A stretch of 64,000 bases of DNA, from assembly GCA_049840735.1 (NCBI GenBank), contig JASGJN010000017.1:384001-448000 (forward strand), written 5' to 3'. Below, one piece after another: positions 47,724 through 64,000 of this stretch. This DNA comes from Anaeromyxobacter sp. Its GTDB lineage: Bacteria > Myxococcota > Myxococcia > Myxococcales > Anaeromyxobacteraceae. Position 1 is the first letter of the stretch; each line of letters starts with the position of its first letter. The notes under the pieces are model-generated. The model had not been told where the DNA came from and did no database searches. It saw only the letters and a program-made list of their open reading frames with translations. Made by a program: the position numbers and the translations under genes.

Positions 47724-48173
47724 TCAGCCGGCGCGCGCCTCGAGCGCCTGCACCAGGCCGAACCGCCGCACGTGCCGCTCCTCGTCGCTGGGCCGGGCCG
47801 CCAGGAACGCCAGCGTGATCTCCAGCGCCAGCGCCGTCCCCACCACCCGGGAGCCCAGCGCCAGCACGTTCATTCGATCGTGCTCGACGCCCTGGTGCGC
47901 CGAGTAGGTGTCGTGGCAGAGGCCGGCGTAGATGCCGCGCACCTTGTTCGCGGCCATGGCCGCGCCCACGCCCGAGCCGCACACCAGCACCCCGCGCTCG
48001 GCCTGCCCGGCCAGCAGCGCCCGGGCCAGCGCCTCGGCGTGCACCGGGTAGTCGCTGGGCGTGGTGTCGTGGGTGCCGAGGTCCAGCACCTCGTGGCCGG
48101 CCGCACGGAGCTGGCCGGCCAGGTGCTCCTTCAGCCCGAGCCCTGCGTGATCGGCAGCCACGGCGACGCGCAT
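47724..48173 (-). CDS. rpiB: Ribose-5-phosphate isomerase B
   Basis: AADHAG, DYP, CGSGVG, ANKVRGI, EHDRMNVL, RHVRR. Confidence 0.92.
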   Translation of the reverse strand: MRVAVAADHAGLGLKEHLAGQLRAAGHEVLDLGTHDTTPSDYPVHAEALARALLAGQAERGVLVCGSGVGAAMAANKVRGIYAGLCHDTYSAHQGVEHDRMNVLALGSRVVGTALALEITLAFLAARPSDEERHVRRFGLVQALEARAG

Positions 48174-48271
48174 CCCCTCTCACTACTGGAAGGCGCAGCC
48201 CGCCGGGGGGCCCTGGCGGGTTGGACCCCGGCCACGCCCGCCGCAGAATCCGAGGCCTTCCGCCACTATGA

Positions 48272-54103
<5,832 letters not shown>

Positions 54104-54137
54104 CAGGCTACCAGTCACCTCGGTGCCGTTTCACCCT

Positions 54138-54270
54138 CCGTTCGGGCTGAGCCCTTCGACAGGCTCAGGGCAGGCGGAGTCGAAGCCCAGGGGCCGCGCC
54201 CGGCCATGGTTCGACTCCGGGCGCGCCCAGGGGGCTGATGACCTCCACCAGCGCGCCCTACGCTCACCAT
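54138..54270. repeat. REP-like cluster between convergent genes
   Basis: CCGTTCGGGCTGAGCCCTTCGACAGGCTCAGGG...GGAGTCGAAGCCC...TTCGACTCCG...CTACGCTCA. Confidence 0.75.
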
Positions 54271-54340
54271 GACCGGGTGGCTCAGAAGGCGCCGCCGTCG
54301 GATCCTGTTCGCCCGGACAGGGCTGGCGGGCTCCGCCCCT

Positions 54341-55001
54341 TCACCCCTTCGTCACCAGCATCGGACTCCCCTGCTGCAGCGCCTCCAACGCCGCCAGGAA
54401 CCCCGCCTCCCCTTCCCTCAGGATCCGCTCGCGCACGGCGCCCTCGACGCCCACCAGCAGCAGGAACGCCACCCGGCCGTGCTTGGTCCGCAGCGGCGGC
54501 AGCCCCGGGGCGTCCACCACCAGGAACGCGGTCAGCGGGTTGGCGGGGATCACCGTCGATGGGCCCGGAACCGAGCGTCTGGCCCACGGCGAGCCGCTCC
54601 CCCGCCAGCTCGGCGCGCGCCGCGTTCACCAGCACGGTGATGGGCCACCGGGGCGGCTCCGCCTCGCCGGGGCGCTTGGCCACGCGCAGGGTCAGCTCGT
54701 GGCCGAGGCCGCTGTCCGGGCCGGGGGTGGTCTTCTCGAAGAGGTCGGACAGGCCCAGGCCGACGTAGTGCCAGTGGGTGTCGGCGTCGAAGGTCCAGAG
54801 CTGGTCGAGGGGGTTCTCCGGCGGGACGCGCTTGTCCTCGTGCCGGCTCAGCCCCTGCGGCGCGGTGATGCGGGGCGAGACGCCGGCGTGGAACGCGGCC
54901 AGGCAGAGCTCGATGGCGTCCAGGCCGGCGGCGGGCGGGACCTCCTCGAGCTTGGTGGAAGGCGCGGCCTTTCCGCGCTTGAACAGGTCGAAGAGGCCCA
55001 T
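54341..55001 (-). CDS. Suppressor-of-fused (SUFU) domain protein; +1 frameshift at ~54552
   Basis: HWHYVGLGLSDLFEK...SGLGHELTLRV...PPRWP...GPIDG, then IPANPLTAFLVVDAPGLPPLRTKHGRVAFLLLVGV. Confidence 0.78.
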
Positions 55002-55097
55002 GGCCTCCAGCAGACCAGGGCGGCGGACCGGGCGCAAGCCCGCCGGCACCTCGCCGCAGCCTGGCGCCGGCCGCCCCTGCTAGACTCCTCCGCCCGC

Positions 55098-55955
55098 ATG
55101 CTCAAGAGCCGCCTCCAGCTCCTCGCCGCCGCCGCGCTCTGGTCCACCGCCGGGGCGGCCATGAAGCTGTGCCACCTCTCCGGCTGGCAAATCGCCGGGG
55201 GGCGCTCGCTCATCGCGGGGCTGTTCCTGCTGGCGTTGGTGCCGGAGTCGCGGCGCCGGCCCACCTGGCCGGTGCTGCTCACGGCGCTGGCCTACGCGGG
55301 CACGGTGATCCTGTTCGCGATCTCGAACAAGCTCACCACCGCCGCCAACGCCATCTTCATCCAGGACACCGCGCCGCTGTGGGTGCTGCTCCTCTCGCCG
55401 CTGGTGCTGGGCGAGCGGCCGGCCCGGGGCGAGCTCTTGGCGGTGCCGGTCTTCGGCATCGGCCTGGCCATGTTCTTCCTCGACGAGCTCTCCCCGGGCC
55501 AGCTCAACGGCAACCTGGTGGCGCTCGCCTCCGGCGTGGCCTTCGCCTTCTGCATCCTGGGGCTGCGCAAGGTGCACTTCCACGGCGCGGCCGCGCTGGT
55601 GTGGGGCAACCTGATCGCCGCGGCCATCGCCCTGCCGCTCTGGACCACCGGGCCGGCAGCCCGCCCGCTCGACCTGGGGCTGCTGCTGTTCCTGGGCGTC
55701 TTCCAGCTGGGCCTCTCCTACCTGCTCTTCGCGCGCGGCGTGTCCGGCGTGACGGCGCTGGAGGCCTCGCTGCTGGTGCTGCTCGAGCCGGTGCTCAATC
55801 CCATCTGGACCTTCCTCTTCACCGGCGAGGTGCCGGGCCCCTGGGCGCTGGCCGGCGGCGCGGTGGTGCTGGGGGCCACGGTCTGGCGGACCGTCGGCCC
55901 GGCCCTGGCCACCCGGATCCGTCCTGCGGGCGCCGGGGACGCTGGCCGGGGGTGA
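55098..55955 (+). CDS. EamA/DMT family transporter
   Basis: Multi-TM pattern, LWSTAG, TTAANAIFIQDTAP, LLEPVLNPIW. Confidence 0.88.
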   Translation: MLKSRLQLLAAAALWSTAGAAMKLCHLSGWQIAGGRSLIAGLFLLALVPESRRRPTWPVLLTALAYAGTVILFAISNKLTTAANAIFIQDTAPLWVLLLSPLVLGERPARGELLAVPVFGIGLAMFFLDELSPGQLNGNLVALASGVAFAFCILGLRKVHFHGAAALVWGNLIAAAIALPLWTTGPAARPLDLGLLLFLGVFQLGLSYLLFARGVSGVTALEASLLVLLEPVLNPIWTFLFTGEVPGPWALAGGAVVLGATVWRTVGPALATRIRPAGAGDAGRG

Positions 55956-56027
55956 GCGGCCCCGGGGCCGTGGTACGTTCGGACCATCTGGCCGCCGCCT
56001 CCGGCAGCGTGGCCGGGGCGCCCTGGC

Positions 56028-56698
56028 TCACGCGCGCAGGGTTCCTCCCCCGGCGCCGCCCCGCCCCGCCGCGCCCGGTCCGCCTCGATCACCGCCAGCG
56101 ACTCCGCGAACGCGTGCTGCACGCCCCGCAGCACCAGCGTCACGCCGGCGATGATCTGGGCCAGCAGCGGGAAGAGCGCCACCGCGGTCACCACCGCCTC
56201 GATCTGCTCGTGCCGCGGGAAGGCCAGCAGCCCCTTCCCCAGCACCTCCTCCGGCAGCCCCGCCAGCATGGCCAGCGTGAAGAGCAGCATCACCGCGGCC
56301 AGGACGCCGGAGAGCGGCCCCAGCAGCAGCGCCGCGAAGACCACCGCCACCAGGCCGTTGGCCACCGGCACGATGCGCAGGCCGAAGAGCAGCGCCGAGA
56401 CCGCGAACACGCCCAGGCCGCCCAGCACGTAGACCCAGGCCCGCACGGCGTAGGGGATGCGCCGCGCCAGCGTCACCGCCACCACCGGCACCACCAGCGC
56501 CCAGCCGAAGGCCACCACCGGCGGGCTCACCTCCAGCACCGCGCCGGTCAGCGCCACCATGCAGGCGAAGGTGATGACCGACTGGATGCGCAAGAGCGTG
56601 TCCAGCGCGCGGGCGCGCCAGGTGGCGAGGTGCAGCTCGGTGGTGGCCAGCTCGTCGGGAGCGAGCTGCGGCTCGGAGGCCGGGGGCGCGTCGGGCAT
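56028..56698 (-). CDS. Hypothetical multi-pass membrane protein (3' end uncertain: as sequenced the frame runs to 55718, overlapping the EamA gene)
   Basis: ATG 56698 MPDAPP..., about six hydrophobic segments. A stop at 56028 needs one extra G in the homopolymer near 56050. Confidence 0.55.
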
Positions 56699-56736
56699 GG
56701 TGGGCTCAGGAAGTGGGACGCCTGGAGGTGGGCGGC

Positions 56737-57991
56737 TCAGCGGACGGCCAGGCCGCGCTTCTCGCCGGCACGGGGCGCCGGGATCGGCGGCGGCTCCGCC
56801 GGCTCGGGCCGCCCGTGCGGCGGCTCCGGGCGCGCCTCCGGCGGCCGCTCCTCGCGGAAGAAGGCCTCCACCTCGTCGCGCCGGGCCAGCGTGTCGGCGT
56901 AGCCCAGCTCCATGGCGCGGCGCAGGTAGACCGGCTCGAAGGCCAGGTAGCTGAGCAGATCCTCGCCGGCGTGGCCGGTGGCGCCGAATCCCCTTGAGCA
57001 GGTAGCGGAGCATGGCCGGGAAGCGGCTGTACTCGTCCGCCGCCAGCAGCCCCAGGTCCTGGGACGGGCGCAGCACCAGCGCCGGGATGGGACGCACGTC
57101 CGTCCCGCCCTGCCCCAGCTTCTCCGGCGGCACCAGCGCCAGCGTCCGGTTGATGCGCTGCAACCGCTCCAGGTCGGAGTCGAGCGAGTCGAGGAAGACC
57201 GCGTTGAGCAGCACGCCCACGATCTCCGAGATGGGCAGGAGGTCGGCCTTGGCCTCCGCCTCCTGCCGCGCCACCTCCACCGGCGCCCGCAGGTGTCGGA
57301 CGCTGATGGCCACCACGCGGTCGGCGCCCAGGTGGATGGCCGGGCTCATCGGGTAGTTCATGCGGACCACCCCGTCGCCGAAGTAGGTCCGGTCGATCTT
57401 CACCGGCGGGAAGAAGATGGGGATGGCGGCCGAGGCCATGACGTGATCGACGTTGAGCCGGGCCCGGACGCCGATGCGGGTGGACCGGGCCCAGGGCTCG
57501 ATGTCGGCGGCGCCCTCGAAGAAGGTGACGCCGTGGCCGGTGAGGTAGCTGGTGGCCGAGACCGCCACGCCGCGGATCCGCCTCGCCCGCAGGTGGTGGC
57601 GCATCCGGCCCATGGGGATCCCGCGCGTGATGAGCTCGCGCAGCGGCGCCGGGTCGAGGAGGTAGTTGATGCCGCTCTTGCCGATCAGCCCGCCCGCGGA
57701 GAGGTCGCGGATCCAGCGCGAGCCGATGCGCGCCAGCCCCAGCGTCCCCGTCTTGTAGACGCGGTCGGGCGTGAGCTGGGCCCAGGTGGCGTGCAGCCGG
57801 GCGGCCATGCCGCGGAAGTCATCGGCGCCGCAGGCCAGCACCACGCTGTTGATGGCGCCGGCGCTGATCCCCGCCAGCACCGAGAATGGCAGCGGCCCCG
57901 CGGGCAATATCTCCGAGAGGGCGCGGATCGCGCCCACCTGGTATGCGGAGCGGGCGCCGCCGCCCGTCAGGACGAGGCCGTAGTGGCCCAT
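56737..57991 (-). CDS. Patatin-like phospholipase; +1 frameshift at ~56988
   Basis: LTGGGARSAYQVG, GISAG, ASAAIP, FGDG; corrected C-terminus KGIGATGHAGEDLLSYLAFEPVY. Confidence 0.88.
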
Positions 57992-58283
57992 CGACTGCAA
58001 CCTAGCCCGTCCGCCGCGCTGCGGCATGCTGCCGAGGACGGAGACCCGTTCCTCGACCGGCGCCGGTGGCGGCGGAGCTGGGGTGAACGGGCTTAGCGCT
58101 GGCCAACGACCCAGCGGAGGCGGAGCGGGGCACGCGTCCTCCCTCGCGACGAGCAGGTGAGCAACCCTTTGCTCCTAAACTGGGGCGCGCGTCCGCGCCA
58201 CAGGACCCAACGCAGCGCGACAGGGGAGCGCAGAAACAACCCTACAGAGACGTGAACCCAGACCCCTCCGGCGTGCCGAGGCC

Positions 58284-59294
58284 TCAGCCGACCAGCTGCG
58301 AGGCGAACGGGAAGAGTCCGAACGCGCCCCCCGTATGGAAGAACACCACCCGCGGCGACGGAAGCCCGCCGGGTTGCTGCGCGCGGGTGGCCACGCCCAG
58401 CATGGCCTTCCCGGTGTAGACCGGATCGAGCAGCACCCCGTCCTCGCGCGCCGCCCGCGCGATCAGCGCCAGCCCCTCCGCCGTGGGCTGCGCGTAGCCC
58501 GGGCCGACGAAGCCGTCGTCCACTGCCACCTCGGCAGGCGGCACCTCCGGCAGCGCCGGCCAGCGGCGGCGGGCCTCCGCGCAGAGCCCGGCGATCACGC
58601 CGCGGAAGTGGGCCGCGTCGCGCCAGACCGCGAACCCGAGCGGCCGCGCCGAGCGCCACCCCAGCAGCCGCACGCCCAGCTCGATCCCGGCGCCGGTGCC
58701 GCCCGAGCCGACCGCGTAGGCCAGCGTGAGCGGGCCGTCGCGCCAGGCGTCCGGCAGCTGGGCCCGGAGCTCGGCCACCGCCAGCACGTAGCCCAGGCAG
58801 CCCAGCGCGGAGGAGCCGCCCTCGGGGATGACGTAGGGGCGCCGCCCGCCGGCGCGCAGCTCGGCGGACACGTCCTCCATGAGCGCGTCGCGCCGCTCGT
58901 ACTGCGCCGGCCCGATGAAGCGCAGCTGCGCCCCCGCCAGCCGGTCCAGCAGCACGTTGGCCTCGGGCGGCGGCGGGTGGGCCGGGTCGGCCGTGCGGAG
59001 CAGCAGCACCGTCTCGAGCCCGCGCCGCGCGGCGGCGAAGGCGGTGGCCCGGCAGTGGTTGGACTGGATCCCGCCGCAGGTCACGACCGTGTCGGCCCCC
59101 TGCCGCTCCGCCTCGGCCAGCAGGTACTCCAGCTTGCGGGCCTTGTTGCCCGAGAGCTCCAGGCCGGTCAGGTCGTCGCGCTTGTAGAGCAGGTCGATCC
59201 CGAGCGCGGCCCCCATCCGCGCGGACGGCTCGAGGGGCGTGGGCAGGCGCGCCAGCGGCGCGCGCGGCGGCAGGTTCACGCGCGGGGGGAGCAT
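58284..59294 (-). CDS. D-cysteine desulfhydrase / ACC deaminase family PLP enzyme
   Basis: KRDDLTG...SGNKARKLEY, GGIQSNH, IPEGGS, GSGGT, LDPVYTGKA, HTGG. Confidence 0.9.
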   Translation of the reverse strand: MLPPRVNLPPRAPLARLPTPLEPSARMGAALGIDLLYKRDDLTGLELSGNKARKLEYLLAEAERQGADTVVTCGGIQSNHCRATAFAAARRGLETVLLLRTADPAHPPPPEANVLLDRLAGAQLRFIGPAQYERRDALMEDVSAELRAGGRRPYVIPEGGSSALGCLGYVLAVAELRAQLPDAWRDGPLTLAYAVGSGGTGAGIELGVRLLGWRSARPLGFAVWRDAAHFRGVIAGLCAEARRRWPALPEVPPAEVAVDDGFVGPGYAQPTAEGLALIARAAREDGVLLDPVYTGKAMLGVATRAQQPGGLPSPRVVFFHTGGAFGLFPFASQLVG

Positions 59295-59548
59295 GGACGC
59301 GGAGCCTAGCACCTCGGCGCGGCTGCCCCGGCGCCGCCTGGGGTGGGTGCGTGCGCCCGGGCACCGACCGGCCTGCCGAGGAGCGCCGGCGGTCCGGAGC
59401 GGAAGGCGCGTTCCACGGTTGGTGACGGCCAGGCCCTGCCCGGCGGCGTCCGGCCCGCGCAAGACCTCGGGACGCGCGCTGGCCCGGAGGTCGCAAGGCG
59501 AGCGCGCCGGGGACGGCCGCCCTGCAGGCGACCGCCCGGGGAGGATCG

Positions 59549-61108
59549 ATGATCCGGGGCATCACCTGGGCGGGCGCGCTGGCGCTCGCGGTGGCGGTGG
59601 TCGGCATGGGCTGCGGGGTCAACTCGGGCGGGCCGGAAGGCTCCACCGGCAACACCGGGCCGACGGGCCCGACCGGGCCGACAGGTCCAACCGGACCGAC
59701 CGGGCCCACGGGGCCCACGGGGCCGACCGGCCCGACCGGCCCCACTGGACCGACGGGTCCCACCGGGCCCACCGGCCCGGCCGGCTTCGAGTTCGGCACC
59801 CCCGGCCCCTGGCCGGTGGCCAACACCTCCTACGGCCCCGCCGACGGGCTGCGCGAGTCGCCGGTGGTCGGCTTCACCACCGACGAGGATCAGAATCGCT
59901 GGATCGCCACCCACGGCGCCCTCTACCTCCTCCGCCCCGGTGACACGGCGCTCCACCGCTACGACGAGACGGACGGCCTTCACATGGGCGGCAACCGCGT
60001 CCACTACTGCAACGGCCGGCAGATCGCGACGAACAGGGTCTGCACCGGCATCGAGGGCTGGGGCTCCGCCGCGCCTCCCGGGATCACCGCCATCGTGGGC
60101 GGCGGGCCGGGCGAGGTGTTCGTCGGCTACGCCGCCACCCACCCGGACGAGAACGACTGCGGCGGCAACGGCAACGGCGAGGACTGGTGCGATCCGTACA
60201 AGCACACCGGGAAGATCGACCGGGTCCGGCTGCAGCCCGACGGCACGCTGCTGGTCGACCGCATGGACCTGGTGGCCATCAACCACGGCGGCAAGTACTG
60301 GCACGACCGCTGGATCCTGCGCCTCGTCTACGACCACCACATCCACCCGCACACGCTCTACGCCGGCACCGAGCACGGCGTCACCTTGCTCTTCCCGGAC
60401 AGGTTCCGGCTCCCCAACGACGGCGAGTGGTTCAACGACGCCTACAAGGAGTGGATGGGCGACCACCTCCACGCCCAGGTCTGCTTCGAGCGCGCATGCG
60501 ACGGCACCGGCGGCCAGCGCATGGGCGACTGGTACGGCCTGGCCATCGACGCGGAGGGCGACCTCTGGCTCGCCGGGCGGTGGGCGGCGGGCGCCATCAC
60601 CTGGGACCCGGATCCCTCGAACTGGGTGGCGCGCAACGGCGCCGCCTTCAAGGCCGCCTTCGGCGACCCGTACGACGGCCCGGGCTCGGGCAGCGTGCCG
60701 GTCTTCCCGGTCGCCAAGGAGGGACACTCGGTCTGGCTGACCTCGGTGGCGGTCTGCCCGGACGGCCGGGTCTGGTTCGGCAGCCTGGGGCCGGACGACG
60801 GCGTCCCGTACACCCTGGCCGCCTGGGACGGCCGGACCTTCCAGTACTTCAACGCCGGCGCGACCGGCCTGCCGGAGCAGGCGGTGAAGGACCTGGTGTG
60901 CCTGCCGGACGGCCGGCTGGTGCTGGCCTCGTCCTACAGCGGCGCGGTGATCTGGGACCCCGGCACCGGCGCCTCGAGGACCCTGCGCGGCGGGCGGGAG
61001 CTGCCCAGCGACGTGATCCTGAACCTCGAGGTGGACACCATGCCCGACCCGCCCACGCTCCACGTCTCCACCGCCGGGGGAGCGGCCGCGCTGCGGGTCC
61101 TGCCCTGA
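59549..61108 (+). CDS. Lipoprotein with collagen-like (GPT)13 stalk and probable beta-propeller
   Basis: VVGMGC lipobox; 17 Gly-X-Y triplets at 59630-59782; repeated D.EG.LW / PDGRVWFG / PDGRLV blade motifs. Confidence 0.82.
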   Translation: MIRGITWAGALALAVAVVGMGCGVNSGGPEGSTGNTGPTGPTGPTGPTGPTGPTGPTGPTGPTGPTGPTGPTGPTGPAGFEFGTPGPWPVANTSYGPADGLRESPVVGFTTDEDQNRWIATHGALYLLRPGDTALHRYDETDGLHMGGNRVHYCNGRQIATNRVCTGIEGWGSAAPPGITAIVGGGPGEVFVGYAATHPDENDCGGNGNGEDWCDPYKHTGKIDRVRLQPDGTLLVDRMDLVAINHGGKYWHDRWILRLVYDHHIHPHTLYAGTEHGVTLLFPDRFRLPNDGEWFNDAYKEWMGDHLHAQVCFERACDGTGGQRMGDWYGLAIDAEGDLWLAGRWAAGAITWDPDPSNWVARNGAAFKAAFGDPYDGPGSGSVPVFPVAKEGHSVWLTSVAVCPDGRVWFGSLGPDDGVPYTLAAWDGRTFQYFNAGATGLPEQAVKDLVCLPDGRLVLASSYSGAVIWDPGTGASRTLRGGRELPSDVILNLEVDTMPDPPTLHVSTAGGAAALRVLP

Positions 61109-61226
61109 GCCGGGCCGGCTCCGGGGGCGCCTGTCCGGGCCCCCGGGCCGATGTCGGGCACCGTCCCACCCGAATCCGCCGCTCGGGAATGGCCTGCAAC
61201 CGCCAGACCCTGGTAAAAATGCGCCC

Positions 61227-62411
61227 ATGGCTCGAGTGGCGCAGGTGCTGGACAGGATCTCCTTGCGGTTCTGGATCACCGGGCTGGTCGCGGCGGGCGC
61301 CGTGGCCACCGCGCTGGTGCAGTGGCTGGTCATCTCCTCGCAGGGGGCGACCCGCAGCGCGCTGGTGGGGGGCTTGGTGGTGGCGCTGATCTCGTCGGCG
61401 CTCTCCTTCCTGGCGCTGACCCGGCTGCTCTCGCCGCTCCGCACGCTGGGGGCGGCGGCCCGCGCCATCAGCCGCGGCGACCTCTCCGCCAAGGTGGACA
61501 GCCGCGGGACCGCCGAGCTGGGCGAGCTGGCCAACGGCATGAGCAACATGACCACGCGCCTGCAGGCCACGCTGGGCGAGCTGCGCCAGGCGGCGCTCTC
61601 CACCCGGACCGGCGCCGGCGGCATCCAGGAGAGCGTGGCCCACCTGGCCGCGATGAGCGCCCAGCAGGCCGCGGCGGTCAACGAGACCACCACCACCGCC
61701 TCCGAGATCGCCCAGACGTCCAAGGCCGCCACCGCCCACGCCGACTCGGTGATCGAGATGACGCAGCGGTCGGACGACCTCTCGCGCGAGGGCCTCAGCA
61801 CCGTCGAGGAGGCGGTCAAGGCCAGCGCCAGCCTGGGCGACCAGGTGAACAAGATCGCCGCGGTGATGTCCGAGCTCTCCGAGCGGACCCAGCAGGTGGG
61901 CGAGATCATCGCCTCGGTGAAGGACCTGGCCGAGCAGTCCAACCTGCTGGCCCTCAACGCCTCCATCGAGGCCTCCAAGGCCGGCGAGCACGGCCGCGGC
62001 TTCTCCGTGGTGGCCATGGAGATGCGGAACCTGGCCGAGCAGTCCAAGCAGGCCGCGGTCCAGATCCGCGCCATCCTGCAGGAGATCCAGCGCGGCGCCC
62101 GCGAGGCGGCGGCGGCCACCGACGAGGGCGCCAAGCGCGCCGGCGCGGCCGTGACGCTCTCCCGCAGCGCGGGCGACGCCATCGAGGGGCTCGCGTCGGT
62201 GATCAAGGAGTCGGCCCTGGCCGCGCGCCAGATCGCCGCCAACACCCGGCAGCAGACCATCGGCGTCGAGCAGATCGTCTCGGCCATCTCCGAGCTCTCG
62301 ACGGTGATCAACGAGAGCGCCGAGCGCACCCGGTCCATCGAGCAGAACTCGGCCTCGCTGGCCTCGGTCTCCGAGCAGCTGGCGGCGACGCTGCAGAGCT
62401 ACCGGGTGTGA
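61227..62411 (+). CDS. Methyl-accepting chemotaxis protein (2 TM + HAMP + MCP signal domain)
   Basis: PLRTL...ISRGDLS...ELGELA (HAMP); [30 protein letters not shown]. Confidence 0.92.
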   Translation: MARVAQVLDRISLRFWITGLVAAGAVATALVQWLVISSQGATRSALVGGLVVALISSALSFLALTRLLSPLRTLGAAARAISRGDLSAKVDSRGTAELGELANGMSNMTTRLQATLGELRQAALSTRTGAGGIQESVAHLAAMSAQQAAAVNETTTTASEIAQTSKAATAHADSVIEMTQRSDDLSREGLSTVEEAVKASASLGDQVNKIAAVMSELSERTQQVGEIIASVKDLAEQSNLLALNASIEASKAGEHGRGFSVVAMEMRNLAEQSKQAAVQIRAILQEIQRGAREAAAATDEGAKRAGAAVTLSRSAGDAIEGLASVIKESALAARQIAANTRQQTIGVEQIVSAISELSTVINESAERTRSIEQNSASLASVSEQLAATLQSYRV

Positions 62412-62432
62412 TGCGGGGGCGTCAGGCCCCTG

Positions 62433-62858
62433 CCCTTCGACTCCGCGCCCGCTGCGCGGGCGCTACGCTCAGGGCGAACGGGGGCCGCGCAGGCCGGAGG
62501 CCCGTTCATGCGAACGGGGGCCGCGGCCGGCTCGCCCATGCGGACGCTTGCGCAGGCTGGAAACCCGCTCGTGCTGAGCGTAGGGCGCCGGCGGCTGCGC
62601 CGCGCGAACGGAGCCTCCCGGGACCGCCACGGCTTCCTCCCGTTCGTGTTGAGCGTAGCGCCGGCGGCTGCGCCGCGCGAACGGAGCCTCCCGGGGACCG
62701 CCACGGCTTCCTCCCGTCCGTGCTGAGCGTAGGGCCCGGCGGCTGCGCCGCGCGAACGGAGCCTCCCGGGACCGCCACGGCTTCCTCCCGTTCGTGCTGA
62801 GCGTAGGGCCGGCGATCTCGACACCCGGAACAGTGGGCCGGCCCGGAGTCGAAGCACG
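62433..62858. repeat. REP/BIME-like cluster with three ~74-bp tandem units (62571-62793)
   Basis: GTGCTGAGCGTAG..CCGGCGGCTGCGCCGCGCGAACGGAGCCTCCCGGGACCGCCACGGCTTCCTCCCGTTC x3, bracketed by CCTTCGACTCCG and CGGAGTCGAAG. Confidence 0.85.
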
Positions 62859-62870
62859 AGAAGGGGCGGC

Positions 62871-63497
62871 TCACCGCCTGCGCCCCGCCCCCACCTTCCT
62901 GGCGGCCTCGGCCAGGTTCTCGTAGCGCTGGCATCCCACCACGCGGACCGGGTCGTCCGCGCCATCCGCCACGAAGTCGAACGTCGGGACGCCGCGCACG
63001 CCGGCGGCCAGCGCCTGCGCGCGCGCCTGGTCGACGCGGGCCAGCAGCGCCGGCTCGGCGGCGGCCTGGACCGCGGCCTCGGGATCCAGCCCCACCTCGC
63101 GCGCCAGCCAGCGCAGGTCCTCGTCCTCCTCGATGCCCCAGCCGCGCCGCCAGTAGGCGTCGAAGGCCAGGGCGCGGAAGGGCTCCAGCCGGCCCTGATC
63201 GCGGGCGTGCTCGGCCGCGGCCAGCGCCCGCCGGGTGGAGGCCAGGTGGGCGGGGGGGCGAAGGTCGTCGATGCCGAACCCCTCTGCGAACCCCTTCACG
63301 TAGCCCAGCATGGCCCCGGCCTGGGGGAAGACCTGGGCCAGCGGGACCCCGCCGCGCGGCGTGCCGGGGTGGAGCTCGTAGCCAATCCACTCCACCGGCA
63401 GCTCGAACTCCTCCACCAGCCGGACCAGGCTGCTCCGCTCGGCGACGAAGCAGAACGGGCAGATGAGGTCGGAGTAGAGCCGGAGGCGCGCGGGCAC
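62871..63497 (-). CDS. DsbA family (FrnE-like) thioredoxin-fold protein
   Basis: YSDLICPFCF, YELHP, GVRGVPTF. Confidence 0.88.
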   Translation of the reverse strand: MPARLRLYSDLICPFCFVAERSSLVRLVEEFELPVEWIGYELHPGTPRGGVPLAQVFPQAGAMLGYVKGFAEGFGIDDLRPPAHLASTRRALAAAEHARDQGRLEPFRALAFDAYWRRGWGIEEDEDLRWLAREVGLDPEAAVQAAAEPALLARVDQARAQALAAGVRGVPTFDFVADGADDPVRVVGCQRYENLAEAARKVGAGRRR

Positions 63498-63608
63498 GGC
63501 GGTGAGTTAACCCGCCGGTGCCCCCCGCACCACCTTCGCTCACCCGCCGCGGCCTCCCGCCGCGCCCGGGCTGAACCGACGCCGCCGGCGTGATAAATCT
63601 CCACCCCC

Positions 63609-64000
63609 TTGCCGGTCCGCTGCCATCGCTCCCACCGCTGTCCCCGCTGCTGCTTCCCGCCCGAGCTGTGCCTGTGCGCGGAGGTGCCGGCCCTCACCCC
63701 GCCCTGCCCGTTCGTCATCCTGCGCCACATGAGCGAGCGCGAGCGGCTCACCAACACCGCCCGCTGGGGCGCCCTGGCGCTGGCGGGCACGCAGGTGGTG
63801 GAGCACGGCAACCCCAGCGGCGCGGTGGACGGGGAGGCGCTGGCGGTGCCGGGCAGCGTGCTGCTCTTCCCGGCGCCGGGGGCCCCGCCGCTGACGACCT
63901 TGCCGTCGCGGGTGATCGTGCCCGACGGCACCTGGACCCAGGCGCGCCGGATGATCCAGCGCGTGCCTGCGCTGCGCACCCTCCCCCGCCTGCCCCTGGC
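63609..64000 (+). CDS. DTW-domain tRNA-uridine aminocarboxypropyltransferase (partial, runs off window; start uncertain)
   Basis: Manual translation, absent from the ORF track: RCPRC..PPELCLC...ILRHMSERERLTNTAR...LLFP...VPDGTWTQARRM. Confidence 0.82.
   Translation, partial: MPVRCHRSHRCPRCCFPPELCLCAEVPALTPPCPFVILRHMSERERLTNTARWGALALAGTQVVEHGNPSGAVDGEALAVPGSVLLFPAPGAPPLTTLPSRVIVPDGTWTQARRMIQRVPALRTLPRLPL

Noticed and set aside
55718..58027. Patatin-membrane protein fusion (769 aa)
   Set aside because: Created by the frameshift at ~56988; the corrected patatin stops at 56737 and the membrane protein starts at 56698.
62571..62793. Possible CRISPR array
   Set aside because: The putative spacers are the same in each unit; REP-derived tandem repeat.

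Overview
Very GC-rich bacterial DNA. Gene content and intergenic REP style point to an Anaeromyxobacter-like myxobacterium (inference). Bases 1-16246 hold an accessory locus. It has a giant (>3,400 aa, runs off the left edge) YD/RHS-repeat protein on the minus strand. Two passengers are inserted in consecutive YD-repeat loops: a helical, glycosidase-like domain and 21 tandem bacterial Ig-like domains. Divergent from it is a run of a triple-glycosyltransferase fusion, a methyltransferase, an atypical ATP-grasp protein, a TPR-like protein and a small helical protein. The rest of the window contains an ECF sigma-zinc finger fusion, glgX, a GMC oxidoreductase, a self-contained mannitol-type PTS operon with two LacI operators, CoA-disulfide reductase/rhodanese genes and a trehalose/maltose ABC transporter. 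It also contains otsAB (OtsA with a membrane sensor-like N-terminus), rpiB-gnd-zwf-pgl, a ~1,550-aa AMP-ligase/pseudokinase/GNAT protein coupled to a Thermus-type homocitrate synthase, and SUFU, EamA, patatin, D-cysteine desulfhydrase, collagen-like lipoprotein, MCP, DsbA and DTW genes. Several REP/BIME-like repeat clusters lie between genes. Ten +1 frameshifts and one nonsense codon all sit in or next to an actual or restorable GATC. I read these as systematic sequencing errors that may reveal a DNA modification at GATC, not as pseudogenes. No rRNA, tRNA, CRISPR array or transposase was recognised. All family calls are by eye from motifs; no database search was run.
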